From Octopus vulgaris (taxonomy: Eukaryota): a stretch of 64,000 nt of DNA. The notes below the pieces were generated by a model. That model was not told the origin of the DNA. It ran no database searches and saw nothing but the letters and a program-made list of their open reading frames with translations. Shown piece after piece: positions 38,831-52,612 of the stretch. The position numbers and the translations under genes are program-made. The stretch covers positions 186,001-250,000 of the forward strand of contig OX597816.1 of NCBI GenBank assembly GCA_951406725.2, read 5' to 3'. How positions within the stretch are numbered: position 1 is the stretch's first letter; every line of letters starts with the position of its first letter.

Positions 38831-41653
38831 GATGTCTTCTTTCTTGAAGAACTTTGCTAAGAAGCAAGTAAATACAAAAAACAATGTATTTTACGTCTTT
38901 CTAGAGTGTTTTTAGCACTTTTGGGCTTCTTTCATCTCTTTTCTGTTTATTGAAAATATATATTTTTTTTAATGTGAATTTAATTTACGATGATGATGAT
39001 GATGTTTTATCTTTTACTTTGTTTATTATTTAACACTTTTAGGTTCCAACTTTAACGTAGAATCAATACTCACAAGTAATTTCATCTGCACTTTTAATTC
39101 ATTCAGAAATCAATTAGTTTACACATTTATACTGTGATTTCAGTAGTTGTTAAGTACTATTATGATGCATTATTGATTATTCAAAAGTTTTAAGAATAAA
39201 TACTTCGGTGGACATATTTCTAGCTTCCTACACAAACCACTGTAGTGAACATTTGGTAGAATTTATTTTTAATTAATTTTTTAACAAAAACTTTAAAAAC
39301 ATTTCAAATCCTTTTTTATATTATTAAAATCTCTGCTTATAACCGGATATGATCATTGTTTAATATTCAACATTTGGGTTTTACACATCCATGCACAGAC
39401 ACACCTGGACATGCAACTGCCTTGCGGGAAACTCACCCTCAATGTTGGGGTTGGCATCCAGCAGCAATGTGGTGTAGAGCAACTATTAAAGTGCTGGATA
39501 AATTGCTAGTAGTAATTGTTTTGAGTGCCTGTATTCTAAATTCAAATCCTGCTGAGTAAGGTTTGTCTTCATCCTTTCAAAGTACCTGTCATGTACTGAG
39601 GCTGATTCTTCACTGTTCTCCACTCTTTTCTTAATTTTCTCTCTTTTTCTGGAAGAAATCTGCTATATTCAGATCTGGAGAGATCTAAAATAAAACTCAT
39701 GTGGAGATGGGATAAATAGATACCATTGATAGGCAAAATTGACTTAGGCAAGATTTGAACTCAAAACTGAAGGAAACGCCAGCATGCTAGCCTTTTATCC
39801 AATACTCTTATGATTCTGCTAGCTTGCCTGGCAAAGATCAAAGTCTAGTAAGCTCATTTCAAATAATGCCAACAAATTCACATCTACCATAAACAGGATG
39901 GTTGTAAAAAAATGTGTGTAATTTCTATGATCTGTGACTGACCAGTTTGATCTGTTAATTACATTAATAGTAAAACTTGTCCCTTAAAATATTTGCCTTT
40001 CCCATCTACTTAAAGAACCAGTTATTTGAATATCAAGATAAATAGTACATGACCTTGTAGGTGGGGCTCAGTTAGACTTTTCATCAGGTGGGGTAGCCCA
40101 TCCTGCTCAAGACGTCCCTGAATAAGGTTTGTTTAAAGAGGTTAAATGAAACACCCATGTTTCCAGAGGTGAATTATTCAAACGAACAAAGAATTTCTCT
40201 CGACACATGGCTATGATGCTCCCTCACTACTTCTGCTCATGATCAGAGATGCACATATCATCAGCCAGCAAGGGACATGTTGAACTGGTTAAGGTCAAAA
40301 AACTGACAAGAAAATCTGTGGTATTGAGCAGAATATTTGCTGTAGCCCATCTTTTATACGAAGACAAAACAATGTACATGATAGCACTTCCAATCAGTTA
40401 AGATCAGAAGCCATGACAGCCACTGCCTGGTATTATTACTACTACTGCTAAGGTGACAAGCTAGCAGAATCGTTAGCATACCGGGCAAAATGCTTATTGG
40501 CATTTCATCTGTCCTTACATTCTGAGTCCAAATTCCACCAAGGTCAACTATGACGTTCATTCTTTCGGGGTCAGTAAATTAAGTACCAGTGAAACACTGG
40601 GGTCAATATAATTGACTAGTCCCCCACCCCACAACTTTTTTTTTACAAGACACCGAATGTGTGGATGGCCATTTGATTACTATGAACTCATCCATCCTTT
40701 GACAAGTGTTGTTTTTAGTCCTGCAGAGTGTCCACAACAACTTCCTCACCTGACAAGCTAGGTGGGGGAGCCAGTTTAGTTGTTGACTACCTGACCATGA
40801 AACAGGTAGTACTGGGTTACATGGTACCAGCAGCAGGATATTCTGCACCTGACTGTCCGTTCTGTTCTGTGATTCTGAATGCTGGTTTCTTATGGTGGCC
40901 TGACAAAGATCACTAGATGGCACATACACTCAACTTCTGTGCTGGCTTTTAACATCTCTTATGCTGACCAAACAAGTCACTATATGGACCTTTACTGCCC
41001 ATCAGCCAGACAATGAAAGACAACTAAAATTTGTAGGCCACTGTTTTCATCAAACAGATCAATCTGTTACTGTGTTTTTTCCTGTAACACCATGGGGACG
41101 TTGAAGACTGGTGGTGAGGCCTGCATGACATCTCTGTGAACTTTGCAGGTCACAGGACTTTGCACTGTCTCAGAGTTGGCACAAAGAAATAAAGAAATAC
41201 ATGCGATGGCATCTAACACACAATTTTGATATGGCATCCACTAAAGAAGAAACACGTATATCATCATTTAACATCCACTTTCTCATGCTTGCATGGGGCA
41301 GGTGGTGTTTCTTGAGGCAGATTTTCTGTAGCTGGATGTTGTTCTTGTTCCCAAGTAGAACAATATTTCTGCACAACCAGACGTTGTCACAGAAGATTGG
41401 AAGTGGACACTGCTTGCATGTCCATAACTCTCACATGAAACTGTCACAGGATATGAAAGCAAGCAGGCAGTAATGCACCCACCCACCCACCCATATGCAT
41501 ATCTGATGAGTTTCTTTCAGTTTCCATCTACCAAATTAACTCACAAGGCTTTGGTCAGTGTTGGAAGTCATTTGCCTAAAGTACCTTTTCTATAGAAATT
41601 AAAGAAGGCCCTGATCTTTTGACAACCAATGTGGTTGGGAAAAGCCACACTTG

Positions 41654-41685
<32 letters not shown>

Positions 41686-41857
41686 TACGTCATATGTAAA
41701 CAAACAAGTTTGTTTTTGAAGTGTTGTAATGTATTGTAGAACAAATAGAAGGATATATTGGTTGCTGACAAACTTTTCTGCTCTGAAAGGATTTTTATCC
41801 TATATATTATGCTGTTCTATCAGTATTTATGCATTGAAAAATATATCTTTCAACTTG

Positions 41858-41894
<37 letters not shown>

Positions 41895-43225
41895 CATACA
41901 TACATGTATATAATACTTTTTTATATATAGATGTAATAGTTGTTCATACTTCAGTTGTTAGATATTCTATTCTATTAGTAGTTACAATGCATTTGGGGTG
42001 TGTGTGGGTGAATTAAACAGATTAGAAAAGAGGTTTCTGATGACAACTGGAGATGTCTATATTGAACACGAGTTCTGTTCCAACACTACTTTCTCTACAC
42101 ATTTCCTCTTGTTTTGACTGGTTGTGTTTAGAAATTGATCGTCTCAGATGATTCAGGTTGAAAGATTGCCTACACAGTTTTAACCAATTGCTCAGCTGGC
42201 TGAGTCTTTTATGTATTTACCTATTATCATCTTGTTCTATTCCAAAGTATGCACTTGCTGAGAAACATGTTAAAATTTGGCTTGTGAGTAATGAAACATT
42301 TGTTTTTACTTCTATTTTACACTTCACTCTTATTTCCCTCTCCATTTACTTATCATAACATTTCTTCACTCTCAGAATCTATTTAATATTCCATTTCATT
42401 TGACACTGGTTTTATTTTAATAATTCATTCCATATTACCAATTTTGTCTACTTCAATGACTGAACAACAACAATAACAACAACAGTGTAGTGTTTGTTTG
42501 CTGTAAGTTGGTTCCAGTTTGAGTTTGCTGGCAGTGAATTAATATTTTGTGTTTTAAAAAGAGATTATGATTCCATTTGATATTATTTTATTACTGTTAA
42601 TCCTTTTGATGATGTTAGACTTTTATATGCATCATTTAAAAGTATCACATATAAATATTCTCTCGACTCTTTGTTAGTCTAGAAGTATGTGTCTATATAC
42701 TGCCAGCAGTTACTTAACATCTCTCTCTCTCTCACACACACATGCACACACACACAGATAGTAAAATACTAATTTTTTTTCTATTAATTTTCTTATACTG
42801 ATTCATTGTTTTTTCTCGGGTGTTTGAGTTATTTTTTCATCTCACTCCGCTTTTAAGATATCTTACTTTACCATGCTTCATACTTTATTTTCAAAGTGTT
42901 GCTAAGAATTTGAGTTTTGAATTTTCTTATTTTATAAATTCAAAGAAAATATTAGTTACACATGGAGATGTTTGAATTTAATAAAAGTTCAGTACCTTTT
43001 CTATAGAAATTAAAGAAGGCCCTGATCTCTTGTCACAGTAAAGGTTTGCATTCACACTCTTGTCTCCTCTAATTGCACTTTAGGTAAATAGTAAAAAAAC
43101 GATCTTTACTTTTTTATTCGTATTTATATCTTAACTATAAGATTAATAAACAGTCACAGAATGGCACCAGATAATAAGTTTGTCATTTACTTAATTACAT
43201 CTGAATCTTGTTCATGCCTGATATG

Positions 43226-43271
<46 letters not shown>

Positions 43272-44622
43272 CAGTTCTGAAAGCAGAAAAAGGTAAAGTC
43301 AGCCTTGGTGAAACTTGAACTTGAGACTGTTAGGAAAACTGGGTACCACCAATAAATAGGTTTAGTGTGACGTTATTTTCTGTCACGCCACTGGCTTTAT
43401 AATGATTTCTTAAGATGAAGAACTGGTACTCTTTTTTTTTTTTTATGTGGAGAGTTTGTAGTTCAATCCTTTATCTCAATCACCAGATGGGCTGGAAAAC
43501 CAAGTATGTCATAAGTATTTCGATGCAGAACCATGATGTACCAAAACCAATGTTTTAAATGATTTCAGTTTGTTAGCTTATCATTTGCATCAAACCAGGT
43601 CTCTTTGAAGTCATATATATTGAAGAATCTATTGGCAACAATGTCTTTCATTTTGTCACTATTTTTCTCATGCATAGCCATGGCTTTAGAAATCATTACG
43701 ATTATAGGTTAGTTTTTCATATGGCAGTGGTGAAGCTGTTTTTCTTACTCCTTTAGAATAGTTGTATTCATTCTGTTTAAATGATTTAGAAAACTCTACT
43801 CAAATTAGTTTTTGTTATTGAACAAATTTATTATGAAAGCAATTTCAGCTTTGATCACCACCGCTCTCCCTTTTTACTCTGTGGCTGTATATAGGATTAC
43901 ATTGCCTAATGTATCTTTGGGTTACATTTTCTAGCAAGAAGAGCTTCCCCATAGCGGTTACTTTGTGGAAATTCACATGGTTATCATTATTGTAGTTGTT
44001 ATCATCATCTTACGTTTACTTTTCCATACTGATATGAGTTAGAGGGATCATTACAGCCTGACTTGGGTCTGATTCCAAATTTCCTGTTGCCAATACTTAT
44101 CCTACTAATTTATGGAAATGGAAAGCACCCACTCCTGTGTTAGGCTTTACAATTATGACGTCATGAGTTCACATTGTATCCTTAATTAAAGATACTCTCT
44201 TTCACATTTCTTCAGTCTACTCAGCTGGAAATGAGTACCACCACCAATTGACTGTGCAATGAACTGGCATCCCATTCAGGGATCAGGCTTCTATTCAGTT
44301 ACTTAAATGCTCTAGAAAGAAACCAGAATAAGGTAAATCTCATAGAATTCTGAGGTTATAGTTTGTCAGCCGAGTAAAAAGAATCTTTTTCTTTACTGCT
44401 GAGAGTTGTCAATTGGTTTCTCTCCCCCCCCTCCATCTGTGTAGAGATTAAAGTTTGGTGGAATAGTTGAAATCATCGTTCTTGAAATTTAACCAATTTT
44501 CCTTTAATTTTCTCCACCCAACAACACTTGCTTTTGGCACGTTTTGCATTGAAAAAAAAAATGTAAGCCATTTTTATTCATATCAGTCAATATCAATTCT
44601 TTTTTAACATTAAATTGCATTT

Positions 44623-44669
<47 letters not shown>

Positions 44670-45330
44670 GTATCTTTTCTTTTTTCTTATATTTAAAACC
44701 CATTTTTTTCTATTTTTGCTTGTTTGAACAAATTTTTTGTTATCTGACCACTTGCCATGCATCTCTGGCTAATTAATTCTCTTTCCATCTAATCAATTAA
44801 GGAATCACTTTAACTAACCTATATCATTTAATATAGTATGCTTTATTTTTCCTTTGAATTCTCACAAATCTTACTAATCCTCTTACAGTAATGTTATGGC
44901 AATGTCATATTTTGTTTTTTTTTTGCTTTTTTTACATTTTTGGAATGTCTGCAGCATAATGCTTCGTCTCCTTGGTTTATATTTTCAACACGTGTGCATC
45001 TTAAACACAGCAGCCTTTTCTAAATTATGCATAATATTTCTTTTCTTCATATGTTTTTCCCACTTTACATCTGTCAACAATATTTTATCTGGTTTTATCC
45101 ATTATTGGATTTTCTCACTGAAATGATTTCAAATTTGATTTTTCCATTTTTTGGGGTTTTTTTTTTTCATTTGTGTCTAAAGAAGATAAATTCCAAAACC
45201 TATCTTTTTTTTTTTTTTCCTTGATCCTGTCATTGAACTGCAGCCATGCTAGAGCACTGCCTTGTAGTGTTTTAGCTAAACAGATCAATCTCAGCACTTG
45301 TCTTTTAAGTTTGGGTCTTATTCTTTTTTG

Positions 45331-46700
45331 TGGAACTCACAAACTCCTAAATGCAAATCAGCATGGCTTTCGCTGTGGCAGGGACTGTCTAACACAGCTC
45401 TTACACCACATTGAAGATGTACTCAAAGCCTTAGGAACAGGTTCGAACTCTGATGTCATATATCTTGACTTCAGTAAAGCGTTCAACAGGGTAGACCATA
45501 ATATCCTACTCTCAAAATTGGCAAATGTTGGAATCCATGGAAAAGTTCTACACTGGATTAAGTATTTCCTGGCAAATAGAACACAACATGTTGTAGTTGA
45601 TGGAGTTCTCTCAAGCCCAGCAAAAGTCACCAGTGGTGTCTCCCAGGGGACTGTCTTGGGTCTGCTACTCTACATAATTTACATTAACGACCTTTCCCGT
45701 GTCGTACATTACTGCAAAGTGAAAATATTTGCTGATGACACTAAGCTCCAGCAAATCGTCAATGAAGAAGCAGACCGAACTCAACTCCAGTCTGATCTAT
45801 ATGCTGTGAGTCAATGGGCAGACAGAAACAAAATGCAACTGAACGAGGGAAAATTTGAGCTGATGCATTTTGGAAGAAATTCCTCACTAAAACAGCCATA
45901 CTCTCTTCCTTCAGGGGAACCGCTCACAGCCTCTAACAATATCAGAGACCTGGGTGTAATTGTTGATGACGATCTCAGTTGGAGTGCACACATCAACAAG
46001 AAGGTCGATATAGCTCGTAGGATGGGTTCCTGGATCTTAAGAACTTTCCGGTCCAGAGAACAAGGTGTCATCATACCACTTTTCTCCTCCTTTGTATGGC
46101 CACACCTCGAATACTGCTGCCCACTGTGGTCTCCCCATACAAGACAAAACATCTTGAGGATTGAATCACCCCAGAGGGCACTCACTAAACGAATTGAAGG
46201 CATGGCTGCTCTCGATTATTGGGATCGCCTTAAAGCCTTGAAACTCTACTCTCTCCAGCGTCGCTGTGAGTGGTACATCATTTGTACCATGTGGAGAATA
46301 TACCGCCAACTTTGCCCAAACGACCTGAACATTAGCTTCAAGGTTCATCCAAGACTGGGACCATGGGCCATACGTCCCCTGCCCAATTCAAGATCACAGC
46401 ATGCATGTACACTGCAACATAATTTCTTTTCCTCAACAGGCCCTGCCCTATTTAACATTGTCCTGAAAGAGATCAAAGAGGAAAAGGATCCCATCAACTT
46501 TAAACGGAGTCTGGATAGATTCCTTCAAGGAATACCAGATAAGCCACCCATAATTGGATACAACTCACCCAACAAAAACTCACTACTTGAATGGACTATA
46601 AACAAAACTTGACTTAAACAGGATTCAAATAATCCTATTAGGTGGTGCTATTATGTTAGACATGGCCTGGACCAATCTTTGGTCGAAACATATCTAAGTT
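45331..46700 (+). mobile_element. 5'-truncated CR1/L2-type LINE with uninterrupted RT ORF, inserted into a SINE
   Basis: NQHGFR..YLDFSKAFNRVDH..SGVSQGTVLG..IFADDTK..RDLGVIVD..HLEYCCPLWSP, open to the stop at 46612. Host SINE halves lie at ~45220-45325 and ~46705-46940. Confidence 0.9.
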
Positions 46701-47001
46701 TATGAGATGTGAACAAACCAACACCACTTGTTAAGCAATGGGGAGGGAAACAGATATAAAGACACACACCTATATGATGGGCTTCCACACAGTTTCCATC
46801 TACCTAATTCACTCACAAGGCATTAGTCAGCTTAGGAGGGTAGTAAGAAGAAAACCCACTTAAGTTGTTGCACATTGAGACTAAACCTGAAGCAAATTGA
46901 GCTTCTTAACCCCCCCCCCCCCCAGTCATGCCTGCACTTGTAACCACAAAGCCATGCCTGACCTGCACATCTAACTCAATATAGAGAACTTTATCAGTAT
47001 A

Positions 47002-47927
47002 CAGGGTGTTTCAAAAAATTTGATATCATTTGAGATGTAAATATCACAGAAACTACAAAGTCAAAGCAAATGAAACTAAACAGGCTTAATGTTGAGCAAC
47101 ATAAGATTTATTCCTCCAAATTTGAGTAAGAAATTCAAAGATATGTGGATTCCATGAACGAAAAGAAAACAGGCCATGAAGATGCTTCTTGGAAATGGCG
47201 CAGAACACATTCACTTTTGGTGAGACCCTCTCATGCTCAACTGTGGCATGGGGATTTTCTTCACCCAAAATGCAAACATTATGCTTATTGATTTTGCCAT
47301 TCATATGAAATGTGGCCTCATCACTGAAAACAAGACGTTCCTTCAACTCGGCTTCTTCAAGTTTCTCCTGCATATCAACATAGAATTGTTTGCGCTTTTG
47401 CTTGTCATCTGCCATCATGGCCTGAATTAGCTGCAGCTTGTTGGGTTTCATTAGCAAGCATTTCCTCGGGATGCACCAAACTGTCATTGGAGGAATCTGA
47501 GTTTTCAGACTTGTTCTTCTTATGGACTTCTTGGGGCTTCACAAGAGCTTTTGGCAAACCCGCTTAACCATCTCTTCCGATGTTAGTGGTCATCCAGATC
47601 CTTTTGCCCTGCACAAACAGCCTTCCTGTTTGAATTTTTTGTGCCATGTCCAAATCTTCATTGCCTTTGGTGACTTTTTAGAGAACTCTCTCACAAATGC
47701 ATGCTGCACAGTCTTGTTCCACTGTGTTCAAGCATACTCCAACACACAAAACGCTTTTTCTCTTCCAGTAAATGCCATTTCTATACCCAGAAAGATAAAC
47801 ATATCAAACATTAAGCATAAAGTTTTGACCTCTTTCTACACGTGCAGTTAAAATTTGAAGTCATTTGAACAAGAATTGGCAAAGTTATTAGATGGTGAAA
47901 TGATACCAAATTTTTTGAAACACCCTG
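47002..47927 (-). mobile_element. Internally deleted Tc1/mariner-superfamily transposon (rosa/DD41D-like)
   Basis: TIRs cagggtgtttcaaaaaatttgatatcattt / aaatgataccaaattttttgaaacaccctg, with TA on the left. Minus strand reads MAFTGREKAFCVLEYA from 47778 and VFSDEATFH..NKHN..GEENPH..SPKVNVFCAIS. Confidence 0.9.
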
Positions 47928-49483
47928 AATATAGCTTAAATTTTTTAAAAATGCACACCAAACAACGATCTATTCCTCATCATACTTTGCCATCTGAATT
48001 GTTTTTTTAAATATTTTTATAAAATCTCAGCTAAAAATTCTAAACAAATTCCTTTCTGGTTTGCTATTTTTATTATTATTAACAGGTTGGCAAGCTAGCA
48101 GAATTGTTAGCATGCTGGACAAAATACTGACCATTCTAAGTTGAGGTTGACTTTGCTTTTCATCCTTTTCAGGTTGATGAAATAAGTACCAGTTGATTAT
48201 TGGGGGTCACTGTAATTGACTTAGCCACTTCCCTAAAATTGCTGGCTTTGTGCCAAAATTTGAAACTTTTATTATTATTATTATTAGTAGTAGTAGTAGT
48301 AGTAGCAGCAGCAGCATTTCCATTATCTACATCCTTAACAAACCACCCACCACCATCACCACCACCACAGCTATTGGTTGTTCATCATCAAGAGCTTGCC
48401 TCCATTCCTCTACTTTATTGTGCACACCACAAATGAAAATATATATTAATTTGCAAATATAATCTTTTTTAAATGCTTGGGAAAATTTGGAACTGTAGAA
48501 AATAAATTTGGTAAATACAACAAATTTGGCAGCTTCACAACACTTGTTCATTCTTCAAAACAATTACTTGACACTTTGCCAATAAAGGTGCTGCCAGTGA
48601 TCTACTTTCTTTGGCTAAAACTGCAATGACTCTCACTGATCATATCTTCCATCAGTTTAAGTTCCCTTTATTAATCAGGCTTCTTTTGGCTGACATCCAC
48701 ATGAGTAACCGTCCATTATCGAAGCCAGACACATGTTTTACTTGGACCAAGGTTGCAGACGTTTAGGGAAGCTGCTGCCTCTGTTGACATCAGAAGGTTT
48801 CTCTCGCTCTCTCTCATAGATTATATAATTATATAATTGTGTGTTTGTGTGTGAGAAAGAGGGATTGTTGAATGGCAATTAAATCTAGCTGGCCTCTAGT
48901 GAAACGAAATCTATTTTGTTAGATGTGCAATGTGAACTATGCGGAGATAGGTTGAGCATCAACATTGTTCAGTAAATGTGAATACATAGGATAACTTGTA
49001 TGATGGGTTTGGACTATGAGCATGTAATTGAAAATAATGAAGCTGTTGGGTGGAAAAAACTGCCATTAATTTCTATCAAAATGGATTTTTGAAATATATA
49101 GTGTTAAATGGAATTAAACTTGGCAGAAGTTATTTCAAATGCATCTGAAAAGTTTCGGCCTCATCAATTAAATGGTTTAGGATTAAGATCCAAGTAAAAA
49201 TTCAGGAAATCTTTTGTAATTAAACTATGGTGGGGGTAAAAAATGTGGCTAAAGTATATATTATTATCACAGAGATTTATTTGCATAGCAAGTGACCTGA
49301 TCTGAGAGCGTATGCTGGAACGAAAACAATTGCAGCGTGGAAGGTGTTTGTAAGCCATTTAAAAACACACAAAAACTGTTAGATTCACTTCAACATTTAA
49401 ATTTAATCTGTCGAAATATTTTCGTCACTTTCAGACCGTGACATGTTCACTGACAAAATTCCATGCTGCATCTGAGAAAGTAA

Positions 49484-50611
49484 CAGTTCATGATATATAT
49501 GTACGTGTGTGTGTGTGTATGTGTACGTATGTATGTACATACGTACGTACGTATGTATGTACGTGTGTGTACATGTATGTATGAATGCATGTATGTACGT
49601 GTGTGTACATGTATGTGCGTATGCATACGCATGTATGTATGTGTATGTGAGTATTTACGTAAGTGTGTAGACGTGTCTGTGTACATGTGTCTGTTCAAGT
49701 TGTATACATGACTATATATATATATTTATATATTTCTTTACTACCCACAAGGGGCTAAACATAGAGGGGACAAACAAGGACAGACAAAGGGATTAAGTCG
49801 ATTAAATCGACCCAGTGCGAAACTGGTACTTTATTTATCGACCCCAAGAGGATGAAAGGCAAAGTCAACCTCGGCGGAATTTGAACTCAGAACGTAACTG
49901 CAGACGAAAAACGGCTACGCATTTCGCCCGGCGTGCTAACGATTCTGCTAGCTCACCGCCTTTCACATACATATATATATAGGCACATGTGTGTGTGCGT
50001 GCGTCTGTCCCTCTCACCATCGTCTAACGGTGAATGGATACAACGTCTTAGATACATACATGCAAATATAGCCTAATTTATACATATATACAAATACACA
50101 CAATCATATAGACACGTACACACACTCGCAAATAGACGTATAATCTTAAAGTATACACACATACACGCTTATCCATCTATACATGTCACTATTTTCGCGG
50201 ATAACGGTTAAAATTCAAATTTGCTTTTTTTTTTACACACATATACAATACATACATATATCTACTACTCATACATGCATGCATGTACATACTCACATAC
50301 ACAATACATACACACATACATCTACACCTACGTACATACATATCCATTCACCGTTAGACGGTGGTGAGAGGGACAAACACACACACATATGTGTGTATCT
50401 ATATGTATGTGTGTGTGTGTATACAACCTTCAACAAAGTCATGTATATAACTTGAACAGACACATATCAGTACATAAACATACGTTCACATGTACATACA
50501 CACAGACACGTCTATACACTTACCTAAATACTCACGTACATACATAAGTATAGACATGCATACGCACATACATATACACACACACACACACACACATATA
50601 TCATGGAACTG
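49484..50611. repeat. Foldback (long inverted repeat) element with microsatellite-like arms
   Basis: 49685-49713 pairs with 50437-50465; 50006-50040 pairs with 50341-50375 (34/35); ends cagttcatgatatat / atatatcatggaactg. Confidence 0.8.
49730..49963 (-). mobile_element. tRNA-derived SINE family B (young copy)
   Basis: Reverse complement gaaaggcggtgagctagcagaatcgttagcacgccgggcgaaat..gagttcaaattccgccgagg. Older copies at ~25135-25345, 40450-40630 and 48085-48270. Confidence 0.8.
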
Positions 50612-52486
50612 AGGAAATGTCTTTGAAAATACTTGATGGCTTTATTTGGATACATCAGTTATTTTTCAATACTGTTTTCATATTCGATGTCTTTTCACAG
50701 ACACACACATGTACATATGTACACGTTTACATACTTGTGTGTGTATTATATAATACACACACATATTTATCTACCATATATTTGTGAAAAGCAGTTGTGC
50801 AAGCAACGGTGTTAGTAAATGTGATCAGATCGACATGAACATTTGCACACCTCTGTTCAAAGTGTTGGGGAGTTTGCATGGCAACTTTCAATTTGCTCAA
50901 TTGAAAGGCGTGACCTCTAGGGCAAAATTCCTCATCTTCAAAATGTGACCCGAGTAGACCTGAATGAAATCTGGTTATAATACTAGTATATACATATATA
51001 TAGTGCTCTGGGATCCTTCATCAATGATGTTTCTAGGGTCTTTCAACATCAGACCACCTCACTCAGTTGACTCAGCTGGGGTTGATCTTACATCCCAGGA
51101 GCAACAAGACACCATTCTACCCTCTTTATCCAAAGCCACCTAGTGACCTTCTGTCCAGCCAGAGATGGAATTTATGACCTTCTTCCTTGTTGCACCAGTA
51201 ATTCCATGCCTGGTCAGATCCTTGCAGAATGAATACTCAACAAAATCCCAGCTGACAACTTTAATTGCTTTGAAATTTCCCCCCTCCCAGTGGGAATGGC
51301 TTTGACCCCAGTGCTCAATGTAGTTCATCAAGCCCAAGAGGATGAAAGGCAAAGTGGATCATGATGGAATTTGAACAGAAGAACATAGACAAAGGAAGCG
51401 CTACTCTGCATTCTGTTTGGTATGCTAGCGGTTAATGCCAGCTGCTTTCTTTATATCAATAGTTGTAATGAACTTGTTGTACACCTCCCAAAATATGGAT
51501 GCACTGCTTTTCCATTGCTATTCATGTTGGTCAAATCAGTGAGTGAGGAGACACATTGCAGTCGCAGGATATACAAAAAATTGCAGTTAAATATCCCTTG
51601 ATTTACACTATATCAGCCTCAGACAAAAGGAAGGCACCTGAGATATTGGAATTCTAGAGGAATAAAAGACTGGGTTAATATAGCTGGGCTAAGTTCCATT
51701 ATAAGTTTCTCTGACCAGGGCTGATCAAGGACTCAATAACAACTAGTCAGTGATTCCTTTACCATCTTCAGTATTACTACTGTTGTGTCACACAGCTGAA
51801 ATTATTGAAGTATGTAATATATATATATATATATATATATCTAAATGTGTGTATGTCTGTAATATATATGATGACATTATTTTAGTTGGCTATTATGACA
51901 AATGTTAGCCAGCTTTCAGCTTAAGTTCTAAGCACAAAGCAGAATCATTGCAATAACAGTATTTTTCTTCTTTTTCTTTTCTTTTTTTTTTGTATCCAAT
52001 AAACCTCTGGAGTTTATTGATTATATGTCTGGGATTCAAGATTGGAAATGAAGAAGGAAAATTATAAAATTTCCAAACAAGACATATGTAAGCAATATTT
52101 CACAGATCAATAATCAAATATACAGTATCAATGGTTTGTATGGTTTTCTGATGTTTGTTTGCTTTTACATTTCAATTTCAGGTTTCATTTCATTTACTGT
52201 ATTTACTACTGTATAAGATGCATTTGCATATCTCGCTCTCAGGTGGCACCCCTAATTTAGTAACAAATCTTGCTTCAAAATTCTTTTCTTTTATAGTTTT
52301 AGCTTTGCTCCAAGTATGTCACACACCAATTTTTTCAATTAAAATCAAATATAATGCAACTTGTACACCATTAATTACAGTAATTTTAGAAATCATAATG
52401 TGTAAAACTTTACACATTATCATAAAATCTCAGATTCTCTTTCTCACTGTTTTCTTTTTCTTTTCTTTTTTCTAATTTGTTAACAG

Positions 52487-52612
52487 AAATGCATGCAAGA
52501 AGCTCATTCGATAATCATTCGAAATCCCAAACTCTCGGATATGTCAAAGTCTGCAATGGCACAAAGAAACTGGCAATTTGTGGAAACTTTATTGAAAGAA
52601 TGTCGAACTAAG
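52487..52612 (+). CDS. DENND5: DENND5 exon E
   Basis: Polypyrimidine tract then aacag|AAA TGC ATG gives [42 protein letters not shown]|gtttgt. Phase 0-0. Matches KYIQEA..IRQPKLS..AQTNWKFVEGLLKECRNK. Confidence 0.93.

Noticed and set aside
44880-44975. Candidate microexons that might restore frame with the 37-nt candidate at 43007
   Set aside because: The 20-nt candidate introduces an immediate TAA and the other lacks a credible donor.
45173-45330. N-terminal hydrophobic extension of the 479-aa ORF, resembling a signal peptide
   Set aside because: Chance read-through of poly-T and SINE sequence upstream of the truncated LINE.
49150-49170. Minus-strand TTGATGA-GGCC-GAAAC hammerhead-like string
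   Set aside because: C3 is missing, helix II cannot form a loop, and there is no convincing stem I.
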